Sequence record: AP019521.1
Length of the DNA stretch: 64,000 nt
DNA from: Escherichia phage KIT01
Reading direction: 5' to 3' (one strand)
In this document: one piece after another, positions 61,709 through 64,000 of the stretch
Numbering within the stretch: position 1 is the first letter of the stretch
Layout: each line of letters opens with the position of its first letter
The notes under the pieces: model-generated
The model's database searches: none
What the model was told of the DNA's origin: nothing
The model's input: only the letters and a program-made list of their open reading frames with translations
Translations under genes and position numbers: made by a program

Positions 61709-63754
61709 TTACCCTTGGGTGAATTTTTCTGGGGTTTCGTCAAAATTAATACATGAAGCTAAAATAGGCATTATATCCACCTTGGTCGATTTGACGAATG
61801 AATCAAAAGACACAGGGTTGTCGGTCTCTGTTTCTACGCCTTGGTAAACAACCAATTCGCCGGTTTCCATCAATGCATCACCATCATAGATAACCGCATT
61901 TTCTGCTAGTTGGTCTGTGGTCTGGATGTCAGCTTCCAATAATTTGGTGTTGTAGTTTCCTTTATATGAGGCATCTGTAATTTTAGTAATCTTAACAGTA
62001 GTTCCACGTGGAAGAATAACCTCTTGTTCTGTTGGAGAACCTGACAATTCACCGGGCACAATTACGTTAATAGAGTCTGCACCGGAAATTTTCCAACCGA
62101 TGTTCATCATTGTATTTTCGGAACTCGTCAGCATACTTGGAAGAACAATTTCATTATCGCCTTGGAAAGATGTCCCAGCACGATAGTCCTGATGAACTGC
62201 GGCCATTGCGACGTTTGATACCCAGCCGCCAAAGATAATCGGCTTAAGGGACGTTGATACATAGTTCCTGAAATAAAACAATTTTGAGTGTTTGATTTTA
62301 TCAAAAGTGTTAACATTTAAATATTGACCACGCCAAAGTGTAATATCAGGTGGCAATTTATGGCCAATTTCAAATGCCGCATCCATATCATTAATTACTT
62401 CAATTACACGATAACTATCAATAAATTCTGCATCCTCTTCATAATAATTACCCAACAAATAATTATTAACATCGGTATAATATTGGCCGCAATAAGAAGA
62501 AATAGCCTCACGCTGCTCATACTCAAATCGATTATCGCTATAACTGGCTGTAAAATGCATAACACTTTCTGACGCTTCATTAGCAAAGTCGCTAACAGCA
62601 GCACTTATACGTTGAGCATACTCTTGTTCCCAAAGCTCTGCCGCATATTCTGCCGCATCCATATTAGGAGGAGCCTCATTCATTTTTCTTTCGATAAATG
62701 CAGCTTTGCGAAGGTTAAGAACCTCTGCACATGATTCGGCAAAAATCTGCATCTGCTTCATACTGCCGACAGGAGCACGTTTAAGTTCACGATGCATACG
62801 GTTAAAAATTGGGTCGGAGTCTTCGACTCGAATTTCTTCTTTCCAAACACCGTTTGCTCGCATAGCCATATCTGCCGCGCGCATACGCTCCATAGTATTC
62901 GTTTCAGAAGGTTGAATAAAAATTTCTAGTTCTTCATAATCATCGATAAGTTCTGCTGTTGCTGGGGCGCTAAATTTTGATGCCTCTGCATCAATCTCAT
63001 CCCAACCTTCCGGAACTTCATCTCGAGGAGAATACTGGGCTGCGGCTACAGCACGCCTAGAAATCTTGGTAGTAGTAATAACAGCCTTATCCGTACGTTT
63101 TTCTTCGACTGCAGCTATACTAGCAGATAGTGCTTCTATTTTGGTTACTGATTGGCCTGTTTTCTTGGATACATAAACCTCACCAACTTTAGACTCAACC
63201 TTAGTGTAAAGGTCTGCATCAATTTCAGGCATACCTTTTATGTCCTCAATATTAGCTTGTTTACGAACCAGTAAAACGTATGTATGTTTGCCTGTAAATT
63301 GATACAAATCATCGACAACTTTAAACTTGCCGCCAGTACGAGCCATCGCCAAACGTGCCAATACACGTTGAACAGTAGGACCTTTACCTTTCATTTTCTT
63401 GGTAGGGAACCGGAAAAGAACTGCATCCATACGAAGAGCTTTAACTTGTTCGTATACAGTATCAAAAATGGTATTCAGCGTACCAAGTGGGTCAGAACCT
63501 AACCCGCCTTTCAACTCGGCTGGGGTACCCTTAGCAGACAAACTCATCAAAATAACATGAACATATTTATCGCCCGGCTTAACCATTTTAATAGCGTCTC
63601 CTTGAGACGCATAAGATACCATACGAGCAACCAGGTTATCGTTACCTGGTGCTTGGATAGAGAAAATCTGTGGAATACCGGAACCCGGTTTAAGATTTAC
63701 TACTGGATAGTTTTTAGCGGAATCACTATCAAAAACCTCGTTTAAATTTTCCAT
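61709..63754 (-). CDS. Alt-like ADP-ribosyltransferase, paralog 2
   Basis: 681 aa; N-terminal about 230 aa near-identical to paralog 1, divergent centre; ART motifs LWRGQ, YVSTSL, EQEVILPRG. Confidence 0.9.
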   Translation of the reverse strand: MENLNEVFDSDSAKNYPVVNLKPGSGIPQIFSIQAPGNDNLVARMVSYASQGDAIKMVKPGDKYVHVILMSLSAKGTPAELKGGLGSDPLGTLNTIFDTVYEQVKALRMDAVLFRFPTKKMKGKGPTVQRVLARLAMARTGGKFKVVDDLYQFTGKHTYVLLVRKQANIEDIKGMPEIDADLYTKVESKVGEVYVSKKTGQSVTKIEALSASIAAVEEKRTDKAVITTTKISRRAVAAAQYSPRDEVPEGWDEIDAEASKFSAPATAELIDDYEELEIFIQPSETNTMERMRAADMAMRANGVWKEEIRVEDSDPIFNRMHRELKRAPVGSMKQMQIFAESCAEVLNLRKAAFIERKMNEAPPNMDAAEYAAELWEQEYAQRISAAVSDFANEASESVMHFTASYSDNRFEYEQREAISSYCGQYYTDVNNYLLGNYYEEDAEFIDSYRVIEVINDMDAAFEIGHKLPPDITLWRGQYLNVNTFDKIKHSKLFYFRNYVSTSLKPIIFGGWVSNVAMAAVHQDYRAGTSFQGDNEIVLPSMLTSSENTMMNIGWKISGADSINVIVPGELSGSPTEQEVILPRGTTVKITKITDASYKGNYNTKLLEADIQTTDQLAENAVIYDGDALMETGELVVYQGVETETDNPVSFDSFVKSTKVDIMPILASCINFDETPEKFTQG

Positions 63755-63757
63755 TAT

Positions 63758-64000
63758 TTACCCTTGGATGAATTTTTCTGGGATGTCATAGAGGTCTATG
63801 CATGAAGCCAAAAGAGACAGTACATCAAACCGTGTAGATTTAACAAATGAATCAAAAGATACGGGGCTTTCGGAAGTATCGAAATCATCTTGATATACGA
63901 CCAACTCACCGGTTTCCATTAGTACGTCACCATCATATACCACAGATTCTTGAAGCTCATCTGATGTCATAACTTCAGCTTGAATAAATTTATTGTTAGA
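63758..64000 (-). CDS. Alt-like ADP-ribosyltransferase, paralog 3 (C-terminal part only; truncated by window edge)
   Basis: C-terminus VVYDGDVLMETGELVVYQ...LASCIDLYDIPEKFIQG matches the Alt C-terminal packaging region; frame stays open to the window end. Confidence 0.8.
   Translation of the reverse strand, partial: SNNKFIQAEVMTSDELQESVVYDGDVLMETGELVVYQDDFDTSESPVSFDSFVKSTRFDVLSLLASCIDLYDIPEKFIQG

Overview
This window is a contiguous segment of a T4-like (Tevenvirinae) myovirus genome; the major capsid protein and RNA ligase 2 are near-identical to T4 from memory, and gene order matches T4 throughout. Bases 1-11289 (minus strand) are a hyperplastic early region: a tandem array of four paralogous small ORFs, internal-protein-like genes with capsid-targeting N-termini, two tRNAs plus an ORF-free RNA region, a 57B/Acb1-like 2H phosphoesterase, 57A, and genes 1, 3, 2, 4. 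Bases 11335-43059 (plus strand) are the late structural module gp53 through gp24, interrupted by a GIY-YIG endonuclease (between 53 and 5) and an HNH endonuclease (between 14 and 15). Then come rnlB, a hoc/inh locus, uvsW/uvsW.1/uvsY, baseplate hub genes 25-26-51-27-28-29-48-54, and three tandem alt (ADP-ribosyltransferase) paralogs, the last cut by the window edge. The most unusual content is a plus-strand two-gene insertion at the hoc locus: a 520-aa collagen-like (Gly-X-Y) protein followed by a second Hoc-like protein that shares Hoc's C-terminal capsid-binding domain. All calls rest on reading the supplied ORF translations and sequence motifs; no database search was run.
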